Of a stretch of DNA of 64,000 bases, positions 26,057 through 39,111 are shown in pieces. Location: the sequence record KT919973.1; one strand, given 5' to 3'. Numbering within the stretch: the stretch's first letter is position 1; each line of letters starts with the position of its first letter. A program made the position numbers and the translations under genes. Under the pieces are notes generated by a model. It was given only the letters and a program-made list of their open reading frames with translations, was not told the origin of the DNA and did no database searches.

Positions 26057-26478
26057 TGAAACATCTGGGTGAAATCAAAGTAGCTGCTGCTGAACTACTA
26101 AAAGATGGTGATATTTTAACTGACATGTATGGTTATACGTGTAATGAAATTGCGTTTCTTGTACGTTCTACCAAAAATCCATTTGAAAAATATTCGTCTT
26201 ACGTTGACGTGAAAACTACGTTATCTGAGATTGCAGCGCCTTTTGTTAAACGAGTTTATGACAATGCATTACAAGGCAAAATCGACTTGTCTGAAGCAGC
26301 AATGTCTAAGCTCAAAGCATGTCTAAACGTCGATTATTACCGCGGTACGTTTATTCACGATATTGCTATTCAAGACAATGGCAAAGTAGATTTAGAGCTA
26401 TTTACTGAATATCGTCGTCAATGGCTAGAGTTTATCTTGACTCAGCCGAGTGAACATGAAAATCAAAGAAAGGTATAA
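26056..26478 (+). CDS. RKxWLK paralog family (copy 5)
   Basis: AAAELL...GYTCNEI; YRRQWLEFI. Confidence 0.75.
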   Translation: MKHLGEIKVAAAELLKDGDILTDMYGYTCNEIAFLVRSTKNPFEKYSSYVDVKTTLSEIAAPFVKRVYDNALQGKIDLSEAAMSKLKACLNVDYYRGTFIHDIAIQDNGKVDLELFTEYRRQWLEFILTQPSEHENQRKV

Positions 26479-26480
26479 TC

Positions 26481-29400
26481 ATGACTTTAGCTGAACTAGC
26501 AGTAGATCATCCGTATTACTGTGCCGATTGTAATTACTATAGTAACGAGTCGGGTGGCGTACTTGAAACAATGACAGAGTTTTTAGACGAGTTTGAAGGC
26601 GCTGACATTGACATGAACTTGGTATTCCGTTGGGATGTGAAGCCGAACTTGTCTGAAGAAGATGAAACACCGCTTGATACGTACTACGCCGAGATCTTTA
26701 TGATGCATCAACGTAAAGGTATTTTCGCTCCGTTCTTCATTCGTTCTATTACTGAAGACGAAGTACCACGCTTTGTCGAGTACTTGAAAGAACATCATCA
26801 AACACTACAACAACTATGGCAGCCACTATGATCATTAATATTATAGCGTTTTATCTACTCGTTGCACTTGGTGCTTATCTGTATATTGCTGGTGGTGATT
26901 ATGCGATGTACAAGCTCAAAGGCAAGTTAGACAACAAGTTCCCGATTACATCAATCGAAACGCATAAGTGCATTGCTTTCTTTAGTTTAATCTGGTTCGC
27001 ACTTGTGCTATTCTTTATCAGAGACCGTATGCTTGATATGGTCAACTATTTTACGAGAAATAAAAAATGAAAGATTTAATTGTAGGTATTGCGACTGTTT
27101 TCGTAGTCGTGTTTATGGCGATTGTTGGGGTTATCTGGTCGATAATTGAATTCCTCGTCGGGCTGGTGGTACTATTAGGTGCTGTCATTATCGGTATTGT
27201 TGCGACTGTACTCGGGGCGTTTCTCGCAGCAATTACATGGCCATTTGTAGAAGCTCATAAAGCTTACAAACGTAAGAAAAATGATTAATCTAAGATCATT
27301 GCTTGCTAGAGTCAAACAAGAGCGTGATGGTCCTGTATTAGATGAATGTCGCTGTACTGTATGTCATAAAGACTTTGCAGTTGCAGATTGTATTCATGAT
27401 TACGGTCATCACGACGGTTGGGAAATGCCGCCTTATACTGAAATTCAATGCCCTGAGTGTGAGTGTGGTGGTTGTATTGAAGATTTCTGGTCGAGTGAAA
27501 AAGCAATTATTGAACATGGTGAATATCTACGCGAACATAAACCATGTCAATTTGAAGAATACAAGACGTACTTCCCAGACGTGTATTGCAAAACGCTAAC
27601 GGTAGTAAAGAGCCGTGTCGAGTCAGAACCACGCGAGTTAGTTCACCTTGATTATGAAATAGATGAGCCCGTGGCACTTCACGCCATTGATGTTGAAGAA
27701 GAGCTTACACGCATTCTAGAGGTTAGAAATGGAACTCAAAAAGGGTAGTGTTTTAGAAGAGACTTTGCTTGGTGATGCGTTCAACTATGAAATTGTCTCG
27801 CCAGTAACGGTTCGGAAAGACAAGTATTCATTTGTAATGCAAGTTATAAGTGTAGCTGGTAAGAAAATCGTTAATGGTTATCGTGCAAACATGACCATTA
27901 ACAAAACGTCTAGTCGATTTAAAGTAATAAAGTGAGAAGCAAATGTATAATGGTAATATGAACACTCCCGCGGGAATAGACTTAGACAAGCGTTCAGAAT
28001 CGTACGAGGATTTCCTACTGAAGAGTAATGACAACTCTGAATATTCCCGTCGTGTAAAGCGCGCCATTAAAGCGAAACGAGCAAAGCGAGGTTATTAACA
28101 TGATTTACCGTTTCTGGCAAACATCAAATGATATCTGTCTTATTGAAATGACAGACGACCATGCCAACGAAGGCAAACGAGCGTATATGACTGACATGAA
28201 TGATCTATACAAAGAAGAACATGGTCGTTATATTCTGCTCGGTCATATTCATGCTTGGGGTACTATTGACTTTAGTACTTACGATATTCGCGAGTTACGT
28301 TGTCTCGGTTCTATTGAAACACAAGATCTTACTTTATCAGCTCAAGATAAATCTATCTTACAGCGTTGTATTGATAAAGAGGGGTTTGATTACGCCATGT
28401 TCCATTACAGTGATTATCACACAGTCGAGCGCAATCGAGTTCACTCTAAAGATTTTCATGCACTGAGAAACAATCTAGTCTCTGCTAAACGTGAGCTTGA
28501 AACATGGTTATCTATGCAAGGGGTTGAGTTATGAAAGTAGGTGACGTTGTTAAAGTCTCTGCTGCGCCAGCTAGTCGTTATCACAATATCGACGGTCAAC
28601 CAGTGACTATAATTGCTATTACTGAACATGATAACAAGCCGTTATACGTGTTCTTTCATGGCGGTCAGAACGGTACTGGTTATGGGGCAATGTTAGAGCA
28701 CGGGTTTAAATCATGAACAAGATGTATGCCATTCGTTCTTCTCTATACGGGTTGTTATGGAAAGTCGTTATATTCTCAGACAACTACGACCGAAGAACTG
28801 TTTCATATCATTTCACTTACAACGGGGCTTATGAGTTATGTCGTAAGCTAAACGAGGAAAGACAATGATACAGGTACAACAAGTTTCACTAGATATTGAC
28901 CAATGGCTTGAGTATTCTTTGCAGAAATTCGAAGACGCGAAATCGCAATATCTCAAAGCCGTTGCTACAGCGAATGCATTCTCATGGAAGAAAGAAGAGC
29001 CAGTTCTGGTGAAAACGTTCTTCATGGAATACGGTGGTGAAAGTGATCCTCGTTATCTGCTTGAGTTCTGGTCTGAAGTCAATGCATATATTGACGAGCA
29101 CACGAGCGACGACTGGCAGTTTTGTTGTATTGAAGAAAACGAGTATGACGCCAACGATGACCCGTATGAAGATTACGAAATGCTATCGACTTCTATTGCA
29201 GTATATGCAACGGTCAAAGGCGATGATTACACGCAGTCTGAAGAATATCGAGCGTTGAAAGATGACGTTGATCGTTGTCTAGATCATCTATTAGAATGCA
29301 AGGAAAATTTCAAGCGGGAGTTTAACAAATGAGCCAAATGGAATATAATAAAGGCGTATTGCACCCCACTAGCAAGTCGATTGAAGAACTAGCTGAAGAA

Positions 29401-29649
29401 CTCGTGACAGATTTACCAAGCTATTACGATTCTAAAGTCGAATACCTCTTGGATAATCATGTCGATTATGGGCTAGTTTTGGTTTGTGACAAACCTTACA
29501 CTGTCACTTTTGAAGCCGAGCGCGAAGACCTATATCATATTGCACGCGCTGACGTGCAAGAAAACGGTGATATTCATTTCGAGACGTATCACTATAACGG
29601 TGGTGCTCACTGGACTGAAGTAGTAGAAGGTGCATTGCGTGAAAGTTGA
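26481..29649 (+). other. Run of hypothetical CDSs: 26481-26831, 26816-27070, 27067-27288, 27281-27748 (Zn ribbon), 27729-27935, 28100-28534, 28531-28716, 28865-29332, 29329-29649
   Basis: ORF track; overlapping junctions; CxxC pairs in 27281. Confidence 0.7.
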
Positions 29650-30553
29650 TTCAGTAGACAAGATTGCCATGTACATGTCGATGGTGAGTAAAACCCCTTT
29701 TCGATACAAGGGTAATCTATATGTCCCTAAGACCATGCGCATTCAAGAGAACATACGCAAGGGATTTTTATGTCCAGCGTCGTGTGGTTCATGTTGTGGT
29801 CGTTGGAGTTTGGATTATCTACCAAATGACTATCTCGATGAACATGACACGTATGGTGTAGAGACACGCGCTCCGTTAGAAGCTCAATCTGACTTATACG
29901 AAAAGCGTGTAATCAATGTCAACGGGAAAGACGTAGTTTTACTTTCTGACACTCAAGAAAAAGATTACACGAATCGAACCTTAAAGCCGAATGCATGTCG
30001 TAATGTCAGTATGACAGGTCGTTGTGATATTCACAATTTCGTATTACAAGGTGATTATGGTCAACCGTTCTCATGTGATTTCGAAATCATACGTTTCATC
30101 TCACCTGCTGGTCATGCTCAAGGTCATGTAACAGAGAAGCAATTCAAAGAGGGTATTAGATACTCGATTGGTCGTATTACAACTGATCTGTATGCCAATG
30201 ATCGTCATATGCGCGACGTACATGGTAAATGGCGTGAAATGAAGAGCTTGTCACACCCTGATTTCATCGATGTTAAACATGTTGATTTACCTGGCCCTAA
30301 GTGTAAGCTAACTGACGTAGATGAAGACAGCGTTGCCGATGCGATTCGTAAGTTTCGTCGTCTACAAGTATGGAGTGATTACTTCGGTATTGAGACGTGG
30401 TTAGATGAGATCATCGACTGGCTTGAAACAAAGAAATTCGGTTCGTTTGTTGTTAATGCACAGCCACAGACGAAATACAAAGAATCAGATACTGGTTATA
30501 CGAATATGAAGCCGTATAACCTAAGTGATTACGAGAAGAATGAAGATAATTGA
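29630..30553 (+). CDS. Cys-cluster protein (YkgJ/FliB-like zinc- or iron-chelating domain)
   Basis: CPASCGSCC...CRN...GRCDIH...PFSCDFE. Confidence 0.6.
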   Translation: MHCVKVDSVDKIAMYMSMVSKTPFRYKGNLYVPKTMRIQENIRKGFLCPASCGSCCGRWSLDYLPNDYLDEHDTYGVETRAPLEAQSDLYEKRVINVNGKDVVLLSDTQEKDYTNRTLKPNACRNVSMTGRCDIHNFVLQGDYGQPFSCDFEIIRFISPAGHAQGHVTEKQFKEGIRYSIGRITTDLYANDRHMRDVHGKWREMKSLSHPDFIDVKHVDLPGPKCKLTDVDEDSVADAIRKFRRLQVWSDYFGIETWLDEIIDWLETKKFGSFVVNAQPQTKYKESDTGYTNMKPYNLSDYEKNEDN

Positions 30554-30882
30554 TGGTTGTCAATGGTGATTATCTAATGAGAATAGTTGAATTAGAAGCG
30601 CAAATGAAAGCTCTTCAGAAAGAGATTGACGAAGAGCGTGATAAATGTCGTCATACAAGAGTCACTTATACGAATGATTCAGATGGCGGTATGAATTGGC
30701 GTGATGTTCGCTGTATTGACTGTAAGACTGTACATCGTTTTTATTCACATGTTGATATATTGAACTATCATATGCAAAATGAAATTGGTAGTGATTTGAG
30801 TATTGAAGAAGAGAAGTACAAAATCTACTTGCAAGTTAAAGCAGCGATTGACGGTGAGCCAGTTCCACCATATCCATATTAA
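30553..30882 (+). CDS. Coiled-coil/Zn-ribbon hypothetical protein, paralog of 31461-31763
   Basis: ELEAQ...ERDKCRHTRV...VRCIDC. Confidence 0.75.
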   Translation: MVVNGDYLMRIVELEAQMKALQKEIDEERDKCRHTRVTYTNDSDGGMNWRDVRCIDCKTVHRFYSHVDILNYHMQNEIGSDLSIEEEKYKIYLQVKAAIDGEPVPPYPY

Positions 30883-30890
30883 GGACTAAC

Positions 30891-31460
30891 ATGGCAAAAC
30901 TTTACTACAATTATTCCGCTATGAACGCGGGCAAATCTGCACAGTTGTTACAAGCTGCTCATAACTATGAACAGACTGGTTCTACTGTGTGGTATTTTAA
31001 CTACTATCAAGACAATCGTTTTGGTGGAACTGGTAAGATCTCAAGTCGTATTGGGCTTGAGCATGATGCAGTATTGTACTCTGAGGACTTCGACTTCATT
31101 GACTATGCGTTATTTGAACTAGTTCCTGCTGCGATTTTCGTTGACGAATGTCAGTTTCTAACTGAGAAACAAGTACTTCAGCTTGCTACTCTGGTTGATC
31201 AGTACAACATACCAGTGCTTTGTTATGGCATACGTAATGATTACATGGGTAATTTATTCGACGGTTCTGCTGCGTTGATGTGTCATGCCGATGAGATTCG
31301 CGAAATCAAAGCAATGTGTTCAGTTGATGGTTGTCATAAGAAAGCAACACATATCGGCTTGTTCATCGATGGTGAGCGCGTAACAGAAGGCGAGCAGACA
31401 CATATCGGTGATACTGATTACCGTAGTATGTGTCGTAAGCATTTTCTAAAGGGGATTTAG
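30891..31460 (+). CDS. tk: Thymidine kinase
   Basis: YSAMNAGKSAQLL, IFVDECQFL, VLCYGIRNDY, C-terminal Zn site and YRSMCRKHF. Confidence 0.95.
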   Translation: MAKLYYNYSAMNAGKSAQLLQAAHNYEQTGSTVWYFNYYQDNRFGGTGKISSRIGLEHDAVLYSEDFDFIDYALFELVPAAIFVDECQFLTEKQVLQLATLVDQYNIPVLCYGIRNDYMGNLFDGSAALMCHADEIREIKAMCSVDGCHKKATHIGLFIDGERVTEGEQTHIGDTDYRSMCRKHFLKGI

Positions 31461-31763
31461 ATGGACAGCGTATTTGAATTAGAAGCGCAGATTGCCGAGC
31501 TTCAGCATAAGTTAGAACAAGAGCGCAGTCGTTGCCAACATACTCGTGTGGCTTATGAACTCAAGTCTAACACGGGCAATTACGACCCGACGTGTGATTG
31601 TTATTGGAATGAAGTGAAATGCATTGACTGTGGTACTCGTATGCATTTTGATTCAGACGATGACAATATAAATTATCGTCTTAAAGGTGTAATCGGTTCT
31701 GAAGCGCAAATTCAGAAGACCGATTACGAAACATATTTGAAAGTGAAAAGGGTGTTGGGATGA
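31461..31763 (+). CDS. Coiled-coil/Zn-ribbon hypothetical protein, paralog of 30553-30882
   Basis: ELEAQ...ERSRCQHTRV...VKCIDC. Confidence 0.75.
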   Translation: MDSVFELEAQIAELQHKLEQERSRCQHTRVAYELKSNTGNYDPTCDCYWNEVKCIDCGTRMHFDSDDDNINYRLKGVIGSEAQIQKTDYETYLKVKRVLG

Positions 31764-32711
31764 AATACGTACGTTATACAGAATATAACGATCACGAAGG
31801 TGAAACATGGCATCGTTTTATACCGATGACAGACCCGTGTTTAGACAAGTTTCTAGATGTAATGAAGCTAGTTGAAGATGATCCCGAAGAATCGTATTCG
31901 ATTGAAGTCGATGCCGACGGTAAAGTTGTTCAATACGACGAATCATACGTGAAAGTTCTTGAAGAAGAAAGTACGTATATGAGCGGTTACATGGACGTGT
32001 ATGCCGTATGTAATATTAACGAAAAGCTATTCGAATGGGTTGCCGATGTCGAAAATGACGTTGAAGCAACTTGCGAACTACTATACAAAATGGGGTGGGC
32101 AAAATGAGCCAAGCACTATATGACGCAGTAAAAGCGTACAACGACGAACATGGTTATTCAAACGAGCCAGATTCGATGTATGAAACATTTGTAGAATGTT
32201 TGAGCAAGCGAGTCGTCCAAGAAGAAACCGATTCTGAGCATCGTTGGTATGACGTTCGTTCTGTCGTACATGCTGTTGACATCGACGGCGTAGAGCGTTA
32301 CTTCCAGACATTCGATTATCACATTACTGGTGATAACTGTGCCAGTGACATGGATTTAGACATGCCGACACTTGATGATGTAGCAGAAGTACACCCGCAT
32401 CAAGTGACAATGACTGTTTACAAGTAATGGACAAATGTACATTAACTGCATTATGTGAACGAGCAGCGTTGTTGTCTGTTCACTTACCAGTTGAGAAGCG
32501 CGACCGATGTTTGTCTATGATTGATGTGCTTCTAGCTAATTCACATTGGCCCGATCTCAAGATTGGTGGTTGGTTAGAACACATTATCACAGTGTGTATT
32601 GAAAACGATATAACGACGATAGATGCCGAGCGCGATTTCAGTCGACCGATTAAACATGCGTATTATAGAAGTCTAGGTATTGAACCGCCAGTGACAATTG
32701 ATCTATCATAA
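31760..32711 (+). other. Hypothetical CDSs: 31760-32107, 32104-32427, 32427-32711
   Basis: ORF track; coupled junctions. Confidence 0.7.
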
Positions 32712-32743
32712 GTAATACGTAAGTCATCAAATAAGGAACAACA

Positions 32744-33037
32744 ATGAAAAGCTTTAAAGAATTCAACGAGTCGGTCATGCGCGTATCGAAAAATTTCATA
32801 TACAACACGCCGAATCGAAACATCGATCTAGTTGTGTTAGATGTAACTGATGATTCTGGTAATTGGAATGTATCAGGTGATACAGTTCATTATGTTGAGT
32901 ATACAGGTGTGAGTGTAAGTGAAGTGAAAACAGCAAGCGTAGCGCAGTTTACTTCTCTTGTAACTAAACGCGGTTCTCGATTAGATCGTGGTCAGATTGA
33001 AAAGATAAAAAGCGGTGAAGATTTAATTAGCCGTTAA
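32744..33037 (+). CDS. Putative internal head protein
   Basis: MKSFKEFNES capsid-targeting-like N-terminus; CATAAGTA at 32707-32714; own terminator. Confidence 0.55.
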   Translation: MKSFKEFNESVMRVSKNFIYNTPNRNIDLVVLDVTDDSGNWNVSGDTVHYVEYTGVSVSEVKTASVAQFTSLVTKRGSRLDRGQIEKIKSGEDLISR

Positions 33038-33038
33038 T

Positions 33039-33203
33039 AAAAGCCCCTTAATTGGGGCTTTTTTAGGTCTGAAGAAAAATAAAAGAAAAAAAGTTTAAGT
33101 TTTTTGCAAAAAGTGGTTGCGTGGTGAATGGTGATTTAGTATTATATCTACATCGAAACGAGATACACAATCTTAAACGACTTAACTAAGAGAGAACATT
33201 ATG
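33039..33203 (+). promoter_or_regulatory. Terminator GCCCC-TTAATT-GGGGC + GGTCTGAAGAAAA + A-tract + early promoter + leader
   Basis: TTGCGT-17-TATTAT (33117-33145); ATCGAAACG at 33152; GAGAACATTATG. Confidence 0.9.
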
Positions 33204-36200
33204 CCAAGCAATCTAAACAACATCAAAATCAAAGACATTCGCGAATTCGGTATCAGCACTATTTTATACAAAGATTTCACTATCTTTGCTACTGAAGAAG
33301 CAGATGAGATTGTACTACGCGCTGCTGTATGTTACGACGAAAACTCAGACGCACACGTATCAGTGACTGAAGTATGCGGTGACACACTTAAAGAAGCGAA
33401 AGCTTACTTGCAAGCTGAGTTGAATGATGTTCAGCACACTGCGGGTCAAATTGCTGAAATGGCGATTGCACAAAATGACTTCGTTGGTCAATACGAAGAG
33501 CTAGTTGCGAAAGTCACTGCGCCAAAAGTTGAGAAAGCAGTTGAGCCGAAAGCGAAGGCAGTTGAGAAAACTGAAGCGCCAAAGAAAACTAACGTACGTG
33601 GTCAAGCAGCACGTGATTTAGTAGCTGAGAAAGCAACAGAGATTCTTGGTATGACTGACATCACATTTGAGCAGCGTGGCAAGTACAAAGATTGGTACAT
33701 CATGAGCAACGACGCTGAAGGCAATGCATTTGAGCAACGTCTAGACGTATTCAAGAAGAAACTAGTAGTAATGGGAGCACTGTAATGCAAAAGATTTATG
33801 TTGTACGCTATCAAACTGACATGACTGAAGGTCGCGGTATGATGAAACCAACCGCGTATTTCACAAACGAAGATGATGCATGGGCTTGTACTAAAGGTAA
33901 GACTGGTGTCATGGGTCGCAAGCCTGCAAAAGGCGACTGGCGAAATGAAGCGTATCCTGATTGGGATGTTAAAGAAATCACAGTGTACGAATCACTTGAC
34001 GAAAGCACAGCCGCGCATAGAGAGAGTCTAAAGCAAGCTGCGTTAGCGAAACTGAGCAAAGAAGAGCGATGGGCGTTGGGACTATGACAAGACAACAAGA
34101 GCGTATTCTAGAAGGTCTACGCAACGGCACGATGATTGCATACGCTTACACTAGCAATAACAAGCTATGCTTTCATGAGCAGCAAAACAGACCGTGTGTA
34201 TTGCCGATGACGATTACGTGTCGTGCTTTACTCAAGAAAGGTTTAATTTCGCTTGCAGATCATACGAGCGTATCATTAGAGCATTATCAAGGTGAGGCAC
34301 AGCATGTTAGCGTTAATTAAATCGCGAGTTGTATACGACAGAATCCCTATTAACACTGCTGAAGAACTTCGCGATAACATTACTGATGTTCGCATGTTCA
34401 ATGACGAATTAGACTTGTTCTACCCGTGCGGTAAGCCGGGTATGGTTAAGCGTCTGTGTTTTGTCAAAGCGGCAGATGTTGATTTCGACGGTGAGACATA
34501 CGATGATGCACTGACGCACTTTCAAGAGAATTACAAGAAGTATTGGGAGGTGATAAATGTCTGATATTACAGCTATCGTATACTTCGGTTCGTACTTCGG
34601 TGTTATGTTGTTGATTATCGCGTATTACATTTACTACGAAGTTAAAAACAACAAAGAGAAGACAACGAGTGATTTTGCTCAACGTGTTCTAGTGATTGGT
34701 ATGTTATGGCCCTTTATTTCAATCTTTATAATTGTGATTGGGTCGGCAATTGCTGTAGAAAAGTTATTCATAATGGTTGTAAACAAGCTAAAAGGCAGAT
34801 AAAATGGTAAATCAAATCAGACGCATTAACGGTGAAGATTTCATTGTGAAATCTCATCGAGATAACAAGTGTGAAGTACAAAAGCTTTCACATGCTGAAT
34901 TAGTTCTTGACACGTACGAAGTTCATGAGCTAGAATCTTTCGAACTGATTACAACACTATCTGATACATTTTAAGGACATATTATGAAATTTCAAAAAGG
35001 TCAAATCGTAGTTTCAACGGCAAATTCCCATCGTTCAGTTGCTAAGAAGGGCGAGTACGGGTTGGTTATGCACGCTAATAACACTCTAGCAATCGTATAT
35101 TGGCCAAACGCAGGTCGTTGTGCAAAGCAATTTTTTACAAATCCGACTATTGAATTACGACCGTCTAGAACTACGTTTGATACCAATATCAATATCGATA
35201 AAGCCGAAGCTGCATACGCACAATACAAAAACGATACTAAACCGGGAAAACGCAAACAAGAGCAAGTAAGTGAAGATAATCAACCGTCATTGAATACAGC
35301 GATGGGATTTGCAGTTGCGTTGATGCGCAATGACTTATCGGCTCGCGAACTACTATCAATGCATGACGGTCTTGCTTCTTCCGAGCAAATGTATTTGAAA
35401 CACGTCGAGAACGTTACAGGTGAACCGAGAGGTTCGGCAACAATTTTCAATGCAAAACGATTGTTAAAAACGACTCTACGTTCACAAGAAATCTCAGAAA
35501 TCAATGCAGAGATTCAACGTCTTGAACAACTAAAAGCACAACTTGCGAACAAATAAAACTTTATACCAAACTTGAGAGAAAAACATTATGAACAAATCAG
35601 TACAACTAGTAATCGCATTCGCTGGAACTTACATGCCAACTGCATACGAACTTGGTCAGAATTTCTACGACGAAAGTAAAAGCAATACTTATATTGACTC
35701 AGTGCGTCGTCAATGTGCTAAAGAGCTTGAAGAAGGCGTGAAAGCGGGATTACTAACTCGTGTTAAAGGTAAGAAATACGCAGGTTCAACTAAGTTTGCA
35801 CACCGTTACACATGTCGTAAGTACGCTGACAAGATTGGTCTAAAGAACGTACCTTACCGTAACGGTCGTAATGCTCCACCACGCACTGGTATTATTGCAC
35901 TGATTGAAAAATGTGTTGCTGAAATGATTGTAGACAAAACGTACCGTCATAAGAAGTTCACTTCAAATGAAGTTGGTATCGAGACTATTATTCAATACAT
36001 TCGAGAAGGCAAAACACCTGCTGCACGCAAGATCTTGAGCCGTCACGCGAACACATATGAAAAGAACGTGAAATACGTTGTTCGCAACCATCGTGGTGTC
36101 CTTGATGACAACGGGCTTAACTTACGCGACTTAGTGAAAGCATAATGCAACCAATAGACGTAAGAGAAAGATTGCCGCGTGAAAGCGGCACTTATCTCTG

Positions 36201-37773
36201 TATCAGATACGGTATGCCGTATAAACCAGAGCCAATTGAATTCGATGCGGGTGATGATCAACTAGATGAAGAGCCAAGATGGTTTGATTCTCTAAGTCAC
36301 ATGCATGGTGGTGGCGGTGGTGTTAAACGTTACTGTGAGCTGACTAACGCAGAGAAATACTGGCGAACCAACTTCGGTAAAGTGATTTACTGGTTCGAAG
36401 CACCTGAGAATCACATGAGCGGTCATGATTTCAAAGATTACATGATTGCAGAACTTAGCAGTCGCGGTATTGACCCTGATGAAATCACTGGCGATTGGGA
36501 AAAGATTGAACACGGAGATATCAAATGCATCAAATGACAGTACACGTATGCGACTACTGCGATTTTCAAAGCATATTGCAAGGCGAAGTTGCAGCTCATG
36601 AAAAGCGTTGCGCACAGCACGACACGTTTTTAAAAGTCAAAGCAATTCAGCAAGCACAAGCAAGCGCATATCTTGATACGATTCGTTTACGTGCAGCTTC
36701 GTTCAAACACTTGTTTGAAATCATTCAAGATGAAGAAGACATGATCATCGAAGCGGTTCACGTGTTACACTACTACGGCGATGCACGCAAGACGCCGCGA
36801 ATGATGAATGTTAGATGGGAATATTGTCTTTTCAGTACTCAACACAAGCCATTTATCGAAGCGCGTATGACACACAGTGCGCCAGTTGGTGAGAAGACTT
36901 GCTCGATGTGGTCAGAAAACAACGAAGATATTAAGCGCGGTCTAGCTTGCAATATTCGTTGTCATTGGGAACAGCAAGGTAGTAGAAAATCGTTTGATTT
37001 GTACCGCAAGTATCTGGGACACATACCAGGTGTTAACTGTGGTTCGGGCGGTGGGGTTGGACAATGCAATTCTTATCTAACACTATGGAAAGATGACTTT
37101 CCATTAATTCGAGGTTAACATGAAATACGTATTGAAAGAAGAAGGTCGCAACTCAAGTGTCATCCCAACTGGTGACATTGGTTTACTCGCACACGAGGAT
37201 GAAGAAAATTACGTCTACGTGTATTGGTTTAGTGCTGATGAGTTGCATCATTATCATAAGTCAGATAATGCAATTTCAATTCAAACCAACAACTGCCCTG
37301 ACAAGAAAGCCATTGCGCGTGCTAAACATCTACTTGAAATGGGCCAGACAACTGACGAAGAACGCGAAGAAACGATGACGTTCTTCCAGAATAAAGTTCA
37401 AAATGTTCTTCACAACGCGACTGAGTTTGCAAATCGCATCAAATACAATTTGTCGGAATTTGAACAATTCGACTGCTCTGAATTCACGCTGACAAGCGTA
37501 GTGTTAGACGAAGATGGTGATGTCTGTATTCGCTTTGATGAAATGTATGCGGGTGGTGATGAGGGTGTAATTACGTACTCTCATAACATTCAAGACTTCT
37601 GGGACGCTGAAAGCACTGTAAAAACGATTCAAGGTTACATTGACGAGGCGAAGCAACGAGACAAGAAAATGAAACTTGAACAAGAGCGCGAACAGAAAGA
37701 AAACGAAACTCAAGAGAAAAAAGAGCTTAAACGTCTCATGCAGAAATACATTTTCAGTGAATTACAAATTTAA
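33201..37773 (+). other. Run of hypothetical CDSs: 33201-33785, 33785-34087, 34069-34320, 34292-34564, 34557-34802, 34984-35556, 35588-36145, 36145-36537 (DUF551-like start), 36525-37118, 37120-37773
   Basis: ORF track, RBSs and coupled junctions. Confidence 0.7.
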
Positions 37774-37775
37774 CT

Positions 37776-37849
37776 AAAAAAGGGTTGCTTCGGCGACCCT
37801 TTTTGCGTATTATAGCTACATCGAAACGAGATACAGAGAGAACATTATG
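37776..37849 (+). promoter_or_regulatory. Terminator/promoter cassette
   Basis: AAAAAGGGTTGC-TTCG-GCGACCCTTTTT; TTGCTT-17-TATTAT; ATCGAAACG at 37820. Confidence 0.9.
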
Positions 37850-38686
37850 AACTACACAACTGAAACAATCACAGCTTGCATGAATCTAGTTGCTACATTG
37901 AAATCAGACAAGATTACAAAAGGTAATGTCGAGAAGCTTCGCGCTGCATATCGCGCACAGCAAGATCAAGAAGTGTCTATTGCTATGTCTTCTATCTGTT
38001 CGATTGCAGAGCGTCATTTAGACCGCAAAGCAGCGAATCGTCCTGCAATGAGTAAGTGTGCTGAATCTTACTTGAACTTTGATTGGCGTACAATCCCGGG
38101 TTGTGTTGGTTTTTCACGTGAAGTACTAGAGGTGTAACATGGTTAGTCTTTTAAAAGCAGTTAATAGTGAGTTCACGAGCTATACAGATCGCGTACTGCC
38201 TTCTGAAATCGCAGAGAAAGTCGCTCGTGCGTGTGAGCAAGAATATTGGGCAACGTTTTACACACACGATTGCAAGTCACTTGACACCGCTGATCGTGAT
38301 GTCGTATTCGATCTAATTGCAAACGAGCTTGGTCTTGAAAATGGGTGGCCTATGTATGGTTCTTCTGACGAGTACAAGCAACAGTTCAAACAAGAACTTG
38401 AGAAATTGGAGAAAGCATGAAACTACTAGCTAAAATCAAAGAATTTCTTTTCCCGACGATTACACCACCTGAAATCGGTGAAAGATATCTTCAAATTGGC
38501 AAAGATTGGGTTGACACGAGCGTTGGAGCGAATATAATCGAAGTCGTGAATGTATCGAAAGACGGTAAGCATATACAATATGATTGGGTGTGCATCGAGG
38601 GCAAAGAGATGTCGATATCGGCTAGAACTACATACGAAATGTCAACACACCACCTTTATAACTATTTCGAGAAACATGATGACTAG
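37847..38686 (+). other. Hypothetical CDSs: 37847-38137, 38139-38420, 38417-38686
   Basis: ORF track. Confidence 0.7.
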
Positions 38687-39101
38687 AATCAATTGTATGC
38701 CGGTTGAAACGCTCTCAGACAAGCATTTACTTGCAGAGTACAAAGAGATAACTCGTCCATTTAACAAGGTGGAGAAGCGCATACAAGCGCATACAATGAG
38801 TAATGTGGTCATTCCTTGTCATTATGTGCTTGGTGCAGGTCATGAAACGTTCTTTTTTGATAAGTTGCATTATCTTTATGTTCGTTATCGTGACCTTTGC
38901 GAAGAGTTATTACATCGTGGTGTGAATATCAACGTTGAACAGTTCGATGATATATGCGAATGGATTGAACGTACGTTCGTTGACACGCCGTATTGGAATT
39001 ATTGGACACCGCGACCAGAAGACATGTATTTGAATATGGCGCGATTAGTCAAGCGCAGCAACTTTGACGCCGCGAAATCTGAAGCATTAACATTAAACTG
39101 A
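38679..39101 (+). CDS. denV: Pyrimidine-dimer DNA glycosylase (endonuclease V)
   Basis: MTRINCMPVETLSDKHLLAEYKEITRPF...YVLGAGHETFFFDKL matches the T4 DenV pattern. Confidence 0.9.
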   Translation: MTRINCMPVETLSDKHLLAEYKEITRPFNKVEKRIQAHTMSNVVIPCHYVLGAGHETFFFDKLHYLYVRYRDLCEELLHRGVNINVEQFDDICEWIERTFVDTPYWNYWTPRPEDMYLNMARLVKRSNFDAAKSEALTLN

Positions 39102-39111
39102 GGAAAGTATC

